Shown here piece after piece: positions 24,925 to 35,300 of a stretch of 36,053 nucleotides of DNA (its first letter is position 1; each line of letters opens with the position of its first letter). The notes beneath the pieces were generated by a model that was not told the origin of the DNA, ran no database searches, and saw only the letters and a program-made list of their open reading frames with translations. The position numbers and the translations under genes are program-made. Source of the stretch: a virus (Duplodnaviria > Caudoviricetes); IMG/VR virus record IMGVR_UViG_3300037483_000177, positions 1-36,053 of that record. One strand, given 5' to 3'.

Positions 24925-26046
24925 ATGGCGCTCAACTGGAGGTATTACCTGATCGGGTTTATGGTGTCCGTGGCTTACTGGCCCGGTATCCTTTCGGCAG
25001 GTTTTGTCCCCCGTTGGGCGGCTATTGCAGTTATTGTGCCTCTTTTTTGTGCAATCGAACCTAAGCGCCTTCCCGCATCCGTGTGGGGGGTGCTTTTGTT
25101 TTTGTTTGGTTGCGCCGGGGTTTCTCTGATGCTATCACCTGATGCGTTCACAGGAACCCACGACCTCATGTTGGCCGCGATCTTGGTATTGCCATTTCTC
25201 GCGGCGGCATCAATGAAATCGCTTGATGACGTTTTCACGGGGATGGCGATTGGTCTAACGGTCTCGTCTCTGTTAATCATCGGAGATTCATTTGGATTGC
25301 CGCGCCTCGTGAATGGGCTACGCTTCGGGGGCCTTTTTTTTAATTCAGAGGTTTTGTCCGAGTTTTCTACTCTGGTATTTGTTTGGGCCGTGGTGCGTAA
25401 AAAATGGGTACTTGCCGCGTTGTGCGTGGCTCCATTGCTGCTGTGCCATTCAAGAATAGCGATGCTTACGGTGGCTTCTGGTCTGCTGTATGTAGCGTGG
25501 GTGCGGCTGCCGCGCTGGGTCGCGGTTGCCGCGCTGGCGGCTCTATCCGTGACTGCTGTAACGGCGGTGTTTATCATCGGTGACGGAAAAATGATATCAG
25601 CCTTACATCGCGTAACATTGTGGGTTACGACCATGATGTTCCTGACCCCGTTTGGAAACGGTGTTGGTTGGGCGCAGGTGGCGTTCCCCGTCGAACGGTT
25701 TGTTCATTCCGATGCGCTCCAGATGCTTGCTGAGATTGGCATCCCCGCATTGGCCGCGCTATATATTCCTTGGTCCATATTCAAACGGAAGGAACAAGAC
25801 ATTGCGGTTATGGCTGTTTTCTGTGGGGCATGTGTTCAGTTTGTGGTGTCGTTCCCGATTCACTTCCCTGCTACCGGTTTCGTCTTGGCCTTGGTCGCGG
25901 GTTATCTGCTGCGCCGCAGGGATGTGGTTTGCGTGGGCGTCGATCTCGGCGGAACTACTCATGGCCGAGGTATATTCGGGGAAACTCAGACCAGCAACAG
26001 AAGTATTGGCGGATGCAGAGGAAGCGGTTCGACGGTTCCCGTTTGA
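24925..26046 (+). CDS. O-antigen ligase (WaaL/Wzy_C)/O-oligosaccharyltransferase-like polytopic membrane protein
   Basis: Many TM segments; [31 protein letters not shown] and SFP.H.P motifs. Confidence 0.82.
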   Translation: MALNWRYYLIGFMVSVAYWPGILSAGFVPRWAAIAVIVPLFCAIEPKRLPASVWGVLLFLFGCAGVSLMLSPDAFTGTHDLMLAAILVLPFLAAASMKSLDDVFTGMAIGLTVSSLLIIGDSFGLPRLVNGLRFGGLFFNSEVLSEFSTLVFVWAVVRKKWVLAALCVAPLLLCHSRIAMLTVASGLLYVAWVRLPRWVAVAALAALSVTAVTAVFIIGDGKMISALHRVTLWVTTMMFLTPFGNGVGWAQVAFPVERFVHSDALQMLAEIGIPALAALYIPWSIFKRKEQDIAVMAVFCGACVQFVVSFPIHFPATGFVLALVAGYLLRRRDVVCVGVDLGGTTHGRGIFGETQTSNRSIGGCRGSGSTVPV

Positions 26047-26125
26047 TCCATACCTGCGTGGCGCCAGGGACTATGTGCGCTATAACATCAAAAGAGCGGA
26101 AGCGGAAAATGCCACCGGTCAGTGA
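25922..26125 (+). CDS. small helical ORF overlapping the ligase C-terminus
   Basis: MWFAWAS...[15 protein letters not shown] in another frame; fills the gap to the next gene. Confidence 0.4.
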   Translation: MWFAWASISAELLMAEVYSGKLRPATEVLADAEEAVRRFPFDPYLRGARDYVRYNIKRAEAENATGQ

Positions 26126-26279
26126 AAAACAGAGACGAGCGATGGCGTCGGCGGCGGCTGGAAAATCGACGCTAAAAATTCCTAAATCGGTAGGAAAAGA
26201 GTTCATGGCCGCCGACAAAGGTGGTAAGCTGCCGAAACGGAAACGCAGTCCGCTCCACGATCATCCGAGGTCTAAATGA
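26109..26279 (+). CDS. small basic phage protein
   Basis: [12 protein letters not shown].......[11 protein letters not shown] family; ends LHDHPRSK. Confidence 0.75.
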   Translation: MPPVSEKQRRAMASAAAGKSTLKIPKSVGKEFMAADKGGKLPKRKRSPLHDHPRSK

Positions 26280-26515
26280 CGATGCCCCAGATGACCAGCG
26301 TTATTTCCAAGAACTTGAAGGCCATCGGCCATGATGGTAGGACCATGTTTGTGTCGTTCAAAAGCGGTGGCATCTATGCCTACAACGGTGTTCCAGATGA
26401 TGTTTTCGCCGTTGGGTTGTTGAGCCCGTCTCCTGGGAAGTGGTTTCGTGAGACGATTAAGGGCAAGTTTTCATATCGTAAGGTTGATCCAAATGCCGAA
26501 TCTAACCCTAGCTGA
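26276..26515 (+). CDS. KTSC-domain protein
   Basis: V.S.NL.AIG.D...M.V.FKSG..Y.Y.GVP.......L...SPGK.F...IKG.F. Confidence 0.85.
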   Translation: MTMPQMTSVISKNLKAIGHDGRTMFVSFKSGGIYAYNGVPDDVFAVGLLSPSPGKWFRETIKGKFSYRKVDPNAESNPS

Positions 26516-26537
26516 CTTATCATCGAGGACGACGAAG

Positions 26538-26828
26538 ATGCCTGACGATAAAGAAATTAAACTCACCGGCAAACAGATGGGCAAGATTGAAGAGCTTGCC
26601 AGCATGGCGGAGCGTGTTGCCCGTCGCAATGGTGAGAAGAAAAAAATCAAGATCGACAAGGAGCGCAAGGACACGGCTTACGGTGCCGCGCTGGAGCCAA
26701 TTATGAAGCAGGGGTTCAAGGGACGTGAGGCCGGTGATCTGGCGCGCACCGTTAGCGATGCCCTAGCATTTGGCGCCAAGAAGTCTGTTTTGCACGACAA
26801 CCCCAGGTCTCCGAAACGAAAGGATTAA
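26538..26828 (+). CDS. basic hypothetical protein
   Basis: GAGG RBS before MPDDKE (alternative start 26493); ends VLHDNPRSPKRKD. Confidence 0.65.
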   Translation: MPDDKEIKLTGKQMGKIEELASMAERVARRNGEKKKIKIDKERKDTAYGAALEPIMKQGFKGREAGDLARTVSDALAFGAKKSVLHDNPRSPKRKD

Positions 26829-26831
26829 ACC

Positions 26832-27215
26832 ATGTATGCGATGGTAGATATGGCTCAGGCAGCCGAAGATAACGATAACGATGACGGTCAATCTGCCGCA
26901 GTTGAGGCTCCGATGCGCCCACGATATCCTTATGGGCTGAGGATTTCCTTGACGCAAGACGAACTGGAAAAAATGAAACTCGATACTGCTGATGCGTTTG
27001 TCGGCGGCATCTGCCATCTTCATGCTCTGGGAAAGATCACGTCGATCTCAAACAACGAAGTCGAAAACCAAGAGGGCGAAGCCAAGCAAGATTGCCGCGT
27101 CGAAATTCAAATCGTGGCGTTGTCCATTGAATCCGAAGACGAAGAAAACGAAATGGTTGAAGCCGATCCTGCTATGGGCATGCGTGTTCTTTACGATAAG
27201 ATGATGGGAAACTAA
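26832..27215 (+). CDS. capsid staple-like protein
   Basis: MVDM, YPYGLRISL...EL.K, RVEIQI..L motifs. Confidence 0.75.
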   Translation: MYAMVDMAQAAEDNDNDDGQSAAVEAPMRPRYPYGLRISLTQDELEKMKLDTADAFVGGICHLHALGKITSISNNEVENQEGEAKQDCRVEIQIVALSIESEDEENEMVEADPAMGMRVLYDKMMGN

Positions 27216-27217
27216 TT

Positions 27218-28393
27218 ATGAAGCGTTTTCTATTCGCACTCCTACTGCTGGTTTTTCCGTCCGTCGTCATGGCGCAACAGGCCGTGGTGCAGGGCGGAAC
27301 TTGGACGACTGGTCATGTGCCTAAATACAATCAGACCGGCGGGACACAGCCATTGGTTACGGATGGCGGCGGTGCAGGGGGGGGTGCGGCAGGAGTAAAT
27401 CTATCCACACTTGGCATCACTGCGCGCGGCACCGGGACGGCCCCATACGACGGTCAGGGGGCTGGCCCAAACGGCGAAAATCTCTGCATGTACGATGCGC
27501 CGACGACGAACTCGACGGGTTATCATTGGGTTTGCTTGGACCCGAATGTGGGCGCCAATGCGTTGATTTCGACTGGTGTTGGTGGAACCGGCTCGGCGCA
27601 GGGCTTGGACATCACGGTAAACGGCACAACGGCGCTATCCATCAGTTCTGCTGGTGTCGTTAGCGGATTTATTTCAGACACCTTAACGGACACTCATATC
27701 CTAGTCGGTAATGGGTCGAACGTTGCCACCGATGTCGCCCTATCGGGGGATGCCACGATGGCGAATACGGGGGCCATCGATGTCAACACGATTGGCGGTG
27801 TTGCCCCTGGTGATTTGTACCCCTTGGATTATGACGCAAATTTTACCAATGACACTGGAAGTTTGGCGCTATCCGATATTGCGGCTGGGTCGCTGATTGC
27901 CAATTCCACGGCTGGGGCTGCGGAGCCGACGGGAACGACGTTGACGGCGGTATTGGATCAGGCCGTGTCCAGCACTCAGGGGTCAATCATTTATCGCAAT
28001 GCGACAACTTGGGTTGCCCTCGGCCCAGGTTCATCAGGAACATTCCTTAAATCTCAAGGCGCCGGCGCAAACCTGACATGGGGAACCCCATTGGTCGCCA
28101 CGCTTGGGGATGTTAGAGTGGTTACATCCGGTGCTTCTGATACCGTGCTAGGCACTGATTTCATGTTGGTCGTTAACAAAACAATCGGTGGCGCGACGAC
28201 GATTTATTTGCCAGCCATTCCTGCTGGCAACTTTATCTGTGTCGTCAAGGATGGCAAAGGAGATGCGGCCAGCAATAATATCACCGTAGATGGCAACGGA
28301 AACAACATGGACGGCGCGTCTACGATTGTGATGAATTTGAATTATCAGTCATTAAACTTTGCGTGGAATGGGACGCAGTGGAATGTTTGGTAA
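27218..28393 (+). CDS. fibre-like protein with N-terminal signal peptide
   Basis: MKRFLFALLLLVFPSVVMA-Q; G/T-rich fibre-like repeats; C-terminal VKDGKGDA..NNITV domain. Confidence 0.78.
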   Translation: MKRFLFALLLLVFPSVVMAQQAVVQGGTWTTGHVPKYNQTGGTQPLVTDGGGAGGGAAGVNLSTLGITARGTGTAPYDGQGAGPNGENLCMYDAPTTNSTGYHWVCLDPNVGANALISTGVGGTGSAQGLDITVNGTTALSISSAGVVSGFISDTLTDTHILVGNGSNVATDVALSGDATMANTGAIDVNTIGGVAPGDLYPLDYDANFTNDTGSLALSDIAAGSLIANSTAGAAEPTGTTLTAVLDQAVSSTQGSIIYRNATTWVALGPGSSGTFLKSQGAGANLTWGTPLVATLGDVRVVTSGASDTVLGTDFMLVVNKTIGGATTIYLPAIPAGNFICVVKDGKGDAASNNITVDGNGNNMDGASTIVMNLNYQSLNFAWNGTQWNVW

Positions 28394-28414
28394 CATCGTA
28401 TTGGAGATTTAAAA

Positions 28415-29308
28415 ATGGCCTATACACCCAACGCAATTTCTGGACCATCTTCATCTACATCTGGAAACCTGCCGTCGTTTAACAACACAACTGGAAATTC
28501 TGTAGCCGATAGCGGTGTGGCTATCGCTAATGTTGTTGTTGACAGCGATCTCGGCACTGCCGCACTGGTGGACACGGGCACAAGTGGCGCAACCGTTCCG
28601 CTACTTAATACGGCGAATGAGTTTTCAGAAATTCAAACCATATATTCGGCATCCACCGCAGGTATGCTCAACCTTAAATCTGGTCAATCCACGTCATACC
28701 TTATGGGAATTAGGGGTTATGCTAAAAACTCGGCGGCAGCAGACTTTAATTATTACAACATCTGGGGCGAGGTAGTCGATGGCGCAGCCGGATCGGAGGA
28801 CTCCCGCATCGGCATACATACTTCTGTTGCTGGCACACTACCAGCCACGCCGCAGTTTTGGTTTGGCGCGGGGTTGTATGCCGGCGCTGCTACCGGTGGC
28901 GATCAGGGTGCAGGCACATTTAATGCCACCGAATACTACAAAAACGGCGTAGCGCTATCTTTGACGCTGGATGATTATGACAGCGGAAACCAAACGATTA
29001 CGGCTGGTGGTGCACTTACCTTGGCTCATGGTTTGGGTGTCGTTCCTAAAATCGTCCAGTACCGTTTGCAGTGCCTAACCACAGAAGATGGTTGGGCGGT
29101 TGGCGACGAAATCGATCCGACAACGTATCAGGACAACTCAGGGTCTGGCGCCATTGCAACAGGCATGGGGGCGTGGAACGACGCAACAAACTGCTACATC
29201 CGGTTCGGATCATATTCCGCAACTTTCAACTACTTCAATAAATCAACTGGGGCTTACGCGGCCCTGACAAACGCGAACTGGGCTTTGATTGTGAGGGCTT
29301 ACGCATGA
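28415..29308 (+). CDS. tail fibre protein
   Basis: LGTAA..DTGTSG.TVPLL and LAHGLGVVP motifs; followed by a chaperone-like gene. Confidence 0.75.
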   Translation: MAYTPNAISGPSSSTSGNLPSFNNTTGNSVADSGVAIANVVVDSDLGTAALVDTGTSGATVPLLNTANEFSEIQTIYSASTAGMLNLKSGQSTSYLMGIRGYAKNSAAADFNYYNIWGEVVDGAAGSEDSRIGIHTSVAGTLPATPQFWFGAGLYAGAATGGDQGAGTFNATEYYKNGVALSLTLDDYDSGNQTITAGGALTLAHGLGVVPKIVQYRLQCLTTEDGWAVGDEIDPTTYQDNSGSGAIATGMGAWNDATNCYIRFGSYSATFNYFNKSTGAYAALTNANWALIVRAYA

Positions 29309-29733
29309 CAAAAATTTATGTTGATATTAACGGAGCATATCTCGGCGGTTTTGATGAAAGCATGCTGGAAAATCGTGTAGACGAAAACGGCGATCCTGTT
29401 CCGTTTGTTTCGATCGTGCCGGAGGGGGCGATTGAAGTACCGAACGCACCATCTCACGGCTCTGATACGTGGGACGGCTCAAATTGGGTTGCACAGGTGC
29501 AAGTCCCCGAGCAGATTACACCAAGGCAAGCACGACTTGCGCTGCATAGTGCTGGACTGCTTGATGCTGTTGAGGCAGCTCTTGCGCTACCTGAAAACAG
29601 GGCCGCGCAAATTACCTGGGAATACGCTCTGGAAATTAACAGAAGCGATCAACTGATTGCAACATTCGGGGCGCTGCTCGGTTTGACCAGTTCTCAGATC
29701 GATGATTTGTTTAAAATCGCCGCAACACTATAA
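29305..29733 (+). CDS. tail fibre assembly/chaperone-like protein
   Basis: VP..ITPRQARLAL...GLL..VE...WEYA....R......LGL...QIDDLF. Confidence 0.72.
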   Translation: MTKIYVDINGAYLGGFDESMLENRVDENGDPVPFVSIVPEGAIEVPNAPSHGSDTWDGSNWVAQVQVPEQITPRQARLALHSAGLLDAVEAALALPENRAAQITWEYALEINRSDQLIATFGALLGLTSSQIDDLFKIAATL

Positions 29734-29749
29734 CCATATGGGGTGACGT

Positions 29750-30319
29750 GTGACCATCACCAGCAACACCATCGTCAACCAAGCGATCCAGATGATCGGG
29801 GACAATCAGCCTGCTGTTACGGGCGAGGCTCCGACGTTTGATGATTCCACTGCTGGGGTGACATTGCAGTCGCTGTATACGCCGTGCGTTCAGACCGTGG
29901 CTAGGCAGTGGGGCTGGGATTTCGCACGAAACACCGTTACGCTCACTCTGAGCCCCAATGCGGCTCCGTACCCGTGGACCTATGAATATGTCTATCCTAC
30001 GAACGGCATCGATGTCTGGACTCTGATGCCGTCGAGCGAGGCTGATCCGAATAATCCGTCACCGACGAACTGGAACCCGGCAAACGCCGTTGTGAACGGG
30101 ACACAGCAGCGCGTCATCCATACCAACGTCCAGAGCGCAAAGGCGGTATTTAATAACGCTCCTGGGCCTGAAGCGTGGGATGCTTTGTTCCGTGAAGCCG
30201 TGGTTAGGTTGCTGGCGTCTGAATTAGCGATGGCTATCGGTGGTGCGCCGGAGACTTCAAAAATGATGCAGGACTCCGCGATGGGATTTGTTAATATCGG
30301 GAAAACTCGTGAGGGCTGA
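29750..30319 (+). CDS. head-tail adaptor / tail tubular A-like protein, paralogue 1
   Basis: I.NQAI..IG, W.FA, W.Y.Y.YP, WD.LF.EA....LA motifs. Confidence 0.78.
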   Translation: MTITSNTIVNQAIQMIGDNQPAVTGEAPTFDDSTAGVTLQSLYTPCVQTVARQWGWDFARNTVTLTLSPNAAPYPWTYEYVYPTNGIDVWTLMPSSEADPNNPSPTNWNPANAVVNGTQQRVIHTNVQSAKAVFNNAPGPEAWDALFREAVVRLLASELAMAIGGAPETSKMMQDSAMGFVNIGKTREG

Positions 30320-30324
30320 AAAAT

Positions 30325-31437
30325 ATGGCGACCACCATCACGACCGTTGCCGACATCGTGAATCTGGCCTTGACGCGGATCGGCTACCGCCTCCGCATCT
30401 CGAATCTCTATGACGGCTCCGAGGCTTCTCAGGCGGCGCTGAACATCTATGGCCAGACCCGTGATGATTTGATGCGTGACGGGGAGTGGCAGTTCTGCCA
30501 GCGCAATGTCGTAGCAACCCTGCTCCGCAGTGCCCCGGTAGGAGGCTACTGGCCCGGTGGATCGGCATGGGATGCTGCAACGAACCCGCCGTTGCCGTGG
30601 CTGTATGCCTACGCCTATCCCGGCGATTGCCTCAAGGTTCGTGTCTTGAAGCCGTCCACCGGATTTCTCGTCAATATGACGCCGTTGCCGAATCAGTATA
30701 CGATTACGAACGTGCTGGATACGGTTTCGACGTTGGCGACATTGGCGGTTAATAGCCCCGGAACGTCTGGATATGTGCCAGGAGATTTCATCTATCCGAC
30801 GGGCGGCACACAGACGGCGCAACCTGTTTTGCAGGCCATGGCGACGAAGGTTGTAACCGCCACCATCGCGGCGGCTGGCACCGGAGGAACACCCGGATCG
30901 CAAACCGTGACAGGAACCACCGGGACCGGGACCAAGTTCACGGCGACGGTGACTATTTCTGGAGCGGGCGCGATTTCGTCCGTTGATGCCATCTCCACGG
31001 GGGGCGTTTATACAGTCAACCCGACGACACTCACGGCGGAACCCGTCACGGGCGCATCCCTGTCTGGGGCTCAATTATCCGTATCGATGGGAATTCAGTC
31101 GATCAGTATCGTTTATGCTGGCGTCTTCACGGCGACCTCGACCACGTTCACGCAGGGTTCGACTTCCGGTTCCGGGGCTGGAGCTACGTTCAATACGGCG
31201 ACGTTTACGACGACGACGAAATCTCGGCGCGTCATAGCCTGCAACGTGACCGATGCCATGCTGACCTACGCCGGACAGGTGACGGACCCGACGCAATGGC
31301 CCCCTGACTTCACAGAAGCCCTTGCTGCGGCCTTGGGGCGTCGTTTGGTGCCTGTTCTTGTCGGCATGAATGCACTACAATCGGCGGCTCAGGATGAGGC
31401 CGTAGCCAACGCGGCGGCGCAAGGGGAGCAGGGCTGA
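30325..31437 (+). CDS. adaptor / tail tubular A-like protein, paralogue 2, with inserted Thr/Gly-rich domain
   Basis: IVNLAL.RIG, W.FC, W.YAYAYP.DCL, WPPDF.EALA..L. Confidence 0.78.
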   Translation: MATTITTVADIVNLALTRIGYRLRISNLYDGSEASQAALNIYGQTRDDLMRDGEWQFCQRNVVATLLRSAPVGGYWPGGSAWDAATNPPLPWLYAYAYPGDCLKVRVLKPSTGFLVNMTPLPNQYTITNVLDTVSTLATLAVNSPGTSGYVPGDFIYPTGGTQTAQPVLQAMATKVVTATIAAAGTGGTPGSQTVTGTTGTGTKFTATVTISGAGAISSVDAISTGGVYTVNPTTLTAEPVTGASLSGAQLSVSMGIQSISIVYAGVFTATSTTFTQGSTSGSGAGATFNTATFTTTTKSRRVIACNVTDAMLTYAGQVTDPTQWPPDFTEALAAALGRRLVPVLVGMNALQSAAQDEAVANAAAQGEQG

Positions 31438-32342
31438 TGAGTATTGACTGGGCAACCCCTACGGCTATCGCAAACGAGGCTATAGACGCCTGTGGATTGA
31501 AGTTCACGCTAGGAGATATTGAGGAAGGCACCGCCGAGTCTCAAGTATGCCTCCGCCAATACTACACCTGCTTGGACCAACTGTTCCGAGCCGCACCGTG
31601 GAACGCGACACGCAAACAGATTCCGTTGCAACTGATCGGCGATGCCACCGGACAGACCACGGACCCGTTGGTTTCGACCGATGTTCCTGCACCGTGGATT
31701 TACGCCTACGCCTATCCGACTGATTGCGCCCGTATCCGGTATATCCCGTGGAACCCATATGTGTCGGCTTCGGTTCCAGAGGGTAACATCGTTCCAGATG
31801 ACAGCAGCGCATCATTGATGGCGAACCTGGGGCAGAGTCCATATGCCGGGTTGCGCTTGATTCCGTCACGGTTCCTCGTCACCAGTGACGTTAACTTCAT
31901 CGAAGCCGGGGCCGGAAACGAAACGCCGGGAAGCACCCCGATTGGGCGTACCATCATCTGCACCAACGTCAAGGACGCCATAGGAATTTACAGCTACAAG
32001 GCTTATTATCCTAACCAATGGGACTCTCAGTTCCGCGCCGCGATGGTGGCCTACATGGCGTCGATGATTGCCCTGCCGCTGTGGTCTGATAAAGACCCAC
32101 GCATGGGGATGACGATGCGCCAACACAACATCGCCATCGCTCAGGAGAAGATCAAGTCGGCGCGGATCACTGACGGACAAGAGGGTTGGCATTCGTCTGA
32201 TCTCGCCGTGGATTGGATGAAGATGCGCAAATCAGGTGGGGCTGGTTTTTATGGGTCGTTCGGACAGAATATGGGGGATTGGTCCTGCGCCTGGGATAAT
32301 ATAGGATGGGGTGGCGGCACCGGAAACTCGTCGGCATTCTAA
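31437..32342 (+). CDS. adaptor / tail tubular A-like protein, paralogue 3
   Basis: IANEAI..CG, PWN, W.YAYAYPTDC, WDSQFR.A....MA. Confidence 0.78.
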   Translation: MSIDWATPTAIANEAIDACGLKFTLGDIEEGTAESQVCLRQYYTCLDQLFRAAPWNATRKQIPLQLIGDATGQTTDPLVSTDVPAPWIYAYAYPTDCARIRYIPWNPYVSASVPEGNIVPDDSSASLMANLGQSPYAGLRLIPSRFLVTSDVNFIEAGAGNETPGSTPIGRTIICTNVKDAIGIYSYKAYYPNQWDSQFRAAMVAYMASMIALPLWSDKDPRMGMTMRQHNIAIAQEKIKSARITDGQEGWHSSDLAVDWMKMRKSGGAGFYGSFGQNMGDWSCAWDNIGWGGGTGNSSAF

Positions 32343-32358
32343 TCTCTAAGGGGCGTTC

Positions 32359-35300
32359 ATGTCGGTTCCTAAAATACAAAATGCGTTCACGCTCGGAGAG
32401 GTATCCCCAACACTCTATGGGCGCACCGACCTTGCCCGCATGAGCGTGGCGGCTTCGACGGCGCGTAATATGTTCATCCGTTATCAGGGTGGGTTATCAT
32501 CGCGTCCTGGCACCAAGTTTGTCGGGTTCTCGAAACAGACGGGACGCGCATACCCACCTCGGATCATCACGTTTCAATACTCGGCCAGCGAGGGATTTGT
32601 CCTTGAATTTGGCAATTCTTACATGCGGGTTATTTCCGCAGGAGAATATGTTACCGAAGCGGCCCTCAGCATCTCTGGAATAACAAATGCTGATCCAGGC
32701 GTTGTTTCGTCCAGCGGAAGCGGCGTCACGGCGGCTACCCCTATCGTGACCGGGGTGGTGACGGCGTATGCCCCAGGCGATCTTATTGCCGTCGCTGGCG
32801 GAACGTACCTGACGCAGGCCATTCTAGATGTCACCAACACGAAGTTGGTCAGTCTCTTGCTCAACGCCTCCGGCACCGGTTACGTCCCTGCTGATACGAT
32901 CAATCTCAGCGGCGGCACGACGACGACAACTCCCGTTATGACGGTTTCGACGACGAAGGTTTCGGCTGTTCCAACAGTGGCGGCGGCAGGCGCGGCGGGG
33001 ACGCCTGGAGCGGCCACGGTCACAGGAACGACGGGGACCGGGACGAAGTTTCAAGCCACGGTGACAATCAGCGGGGCAGGGGCCATATCGTCCGTGGATG
33101 CACTGACGGTTGCTGGTTCCTATACCGTCAACCCGACAACACTCGCCAATGAGCCCGTAACCGGTGGGGGCTTGGCAGGCGCGCAACTCTCAATCGTCAT
33201 GGGAGTCAATACGTTTGCCATTACCAATGCGGGTGTCTTTACCGCGAATCCAAGCGGGGGAGCACTCACGCAGGGGTCGACTTCTGGAGCAGGAGCAGGG
33301 GCGACGTTCCAGCAGGCTATTCTAGGGCCAAATGCAGTTACCATCGATACCCCAGGCGTTTACTCTGTTGTTCCGTCAAACCCAGCCGCGCAGGCCTCCA
33401 GCACCGGCTCCGGCACCGGTGCGACGTTCACGCTAACCACAGCATCAGTTGGAGCGTTCAGCGACGGAGATTGGGTCTATCTGTCTGGCGTGGCCGGAAT
33501 GACCGAAGTCAACGGCCAGACCTATGTCGTGGCAAATGCTGGGGCGACATCATTTGAACTGAATGATGTTTACGGAAACACCATCGATACTAGTGGTTTT
33601 GGCGTCTATTCCAGTGGCGGAACCGTGGCTAGGATTTATACGGTTTCCGCTCCATATGCAGAACAGGATTTGGAATTTCTAAAATTTTCACAGTCCAGAA
33701 ATACCATGTCGCTTTGTTGTATCAATCAAGATACTGGAACTGAATATATTCCCTATGATCTGACGCGGGTATCAAATACGGATTGGCAATTCGTGGCTCT
33801 GGATACGGCGCCATCAGTGAGTGCGCCGACAGCATTAAGCGGAACCGCGAGTTCCGCAGGATCGACCAACTACGCCTATCAGGTCACGTCCGTATCATCC
33901 ACTGATGGATCGGAGAGCAGCGCATCGGATACGGCATATATTGGCAGCGCCGTGAATATCACGGCTACGGCAGGCAACATAACTCTGACATGGACTCCGC
34001 AATCAGGCATTTCGCAGTACATGGTTTATAAGGCCACGCCTCAGTTCAGCACGAATCCTCCTGTTGGCGCGCTGTTCGGGTTCGCTGGATATGCCTTCGG
34101 GGCGCAGTTCATCGATTCCAACATCACGGCTGATTTCACTCAGGTTCCGCCGTTGGCTAAGAACCCGTTTTCGCCGGGGCGCATCCTTGGCGCATCGACG
34201 GTTAATCAGGGCAGTGGCTACACCACGGCCACGGTGACGATCAACACAGCAACCGGCTCCGGCGCAGAACTTGATCCTGTCATTGTGAGCGGGGGCGTCG
34301 TCGCGTTTATCCTCGTCACCGAGGGGAGCGGTTATGCTGACACCGATACCGTGACCATCGGCGGAGACGGAGTCGGTGCGACTGCTGTTCTTGAAATTGG
34401 CGAACAGAGCGGCACCTATCCGGGCGCGGTAACGTATTTTCAGCAGCGCCGGGTCTATGCGTCAACAATCAATGAGCCTGATACATATTTCATGTCGCAG
34501 CCAGGAGCGTTCAAGAATTTCGATAGCCGGATACCGACCATCGATTCAGACGCCATCATCGGTTCGCCGTGGTCGCTACAGGTCAACGGTATTCAGTGGA
34601 TGATCCCGATGCCGGGTGGGCTGGTCGTGATGACGGGTGCATCGGCATGGCAACTGACGGGCAACGGCGGTTCGTCGCTGACGCCGCAATCAATTACGCC
34701 AAGCGGCCAACAGGCGCAGCAACAGGCGTTCAATGGCGTCTACGTCCATGTGCCGCCGCTACGGGTGGAAAACGATATCATCTATGTACAGGCCAGCGGT
34801 TCGATTTATCGCAACCTCAGCTATGAGATTTATTCCAACATCTATACCGGGCGCGATTTGACGCTCAATTCGTCGCACCTGTTCAACGGATATTTCATGC
34901 GCGAAAACGCATGGGCCGAGGAACCTTACAAATTGGTATGGGCAGTTCGAGAGGATGGGATTCTTCTCAGCCTGACGTTTGTCAAATCAGATGAAGTCGC
35001 AGGATGGACACGACACGATACGTTGGGATATTTCAAATCTGTTTGCACCGTGGTTCAACCCCCAGCGGAACATCATGGCGGAACTGATTTTACATACTTC
35101 GCGTGCTGGAGGCCGATTGGCGACAACGAGGCGTACACCGTTGAGTTAATGAATGATCGGCAATGGGATACCTTGGATGATGTCTGGGCTGTGGATTGCG
35201 GTCTGGCACTGACACAGACGGAACCGGCGGCGACGTTGACGGTATCGAGCGCAACAGGGCTTGGGGCCATTGATACGGCTACGGTTGATGCCGGAGGAAC

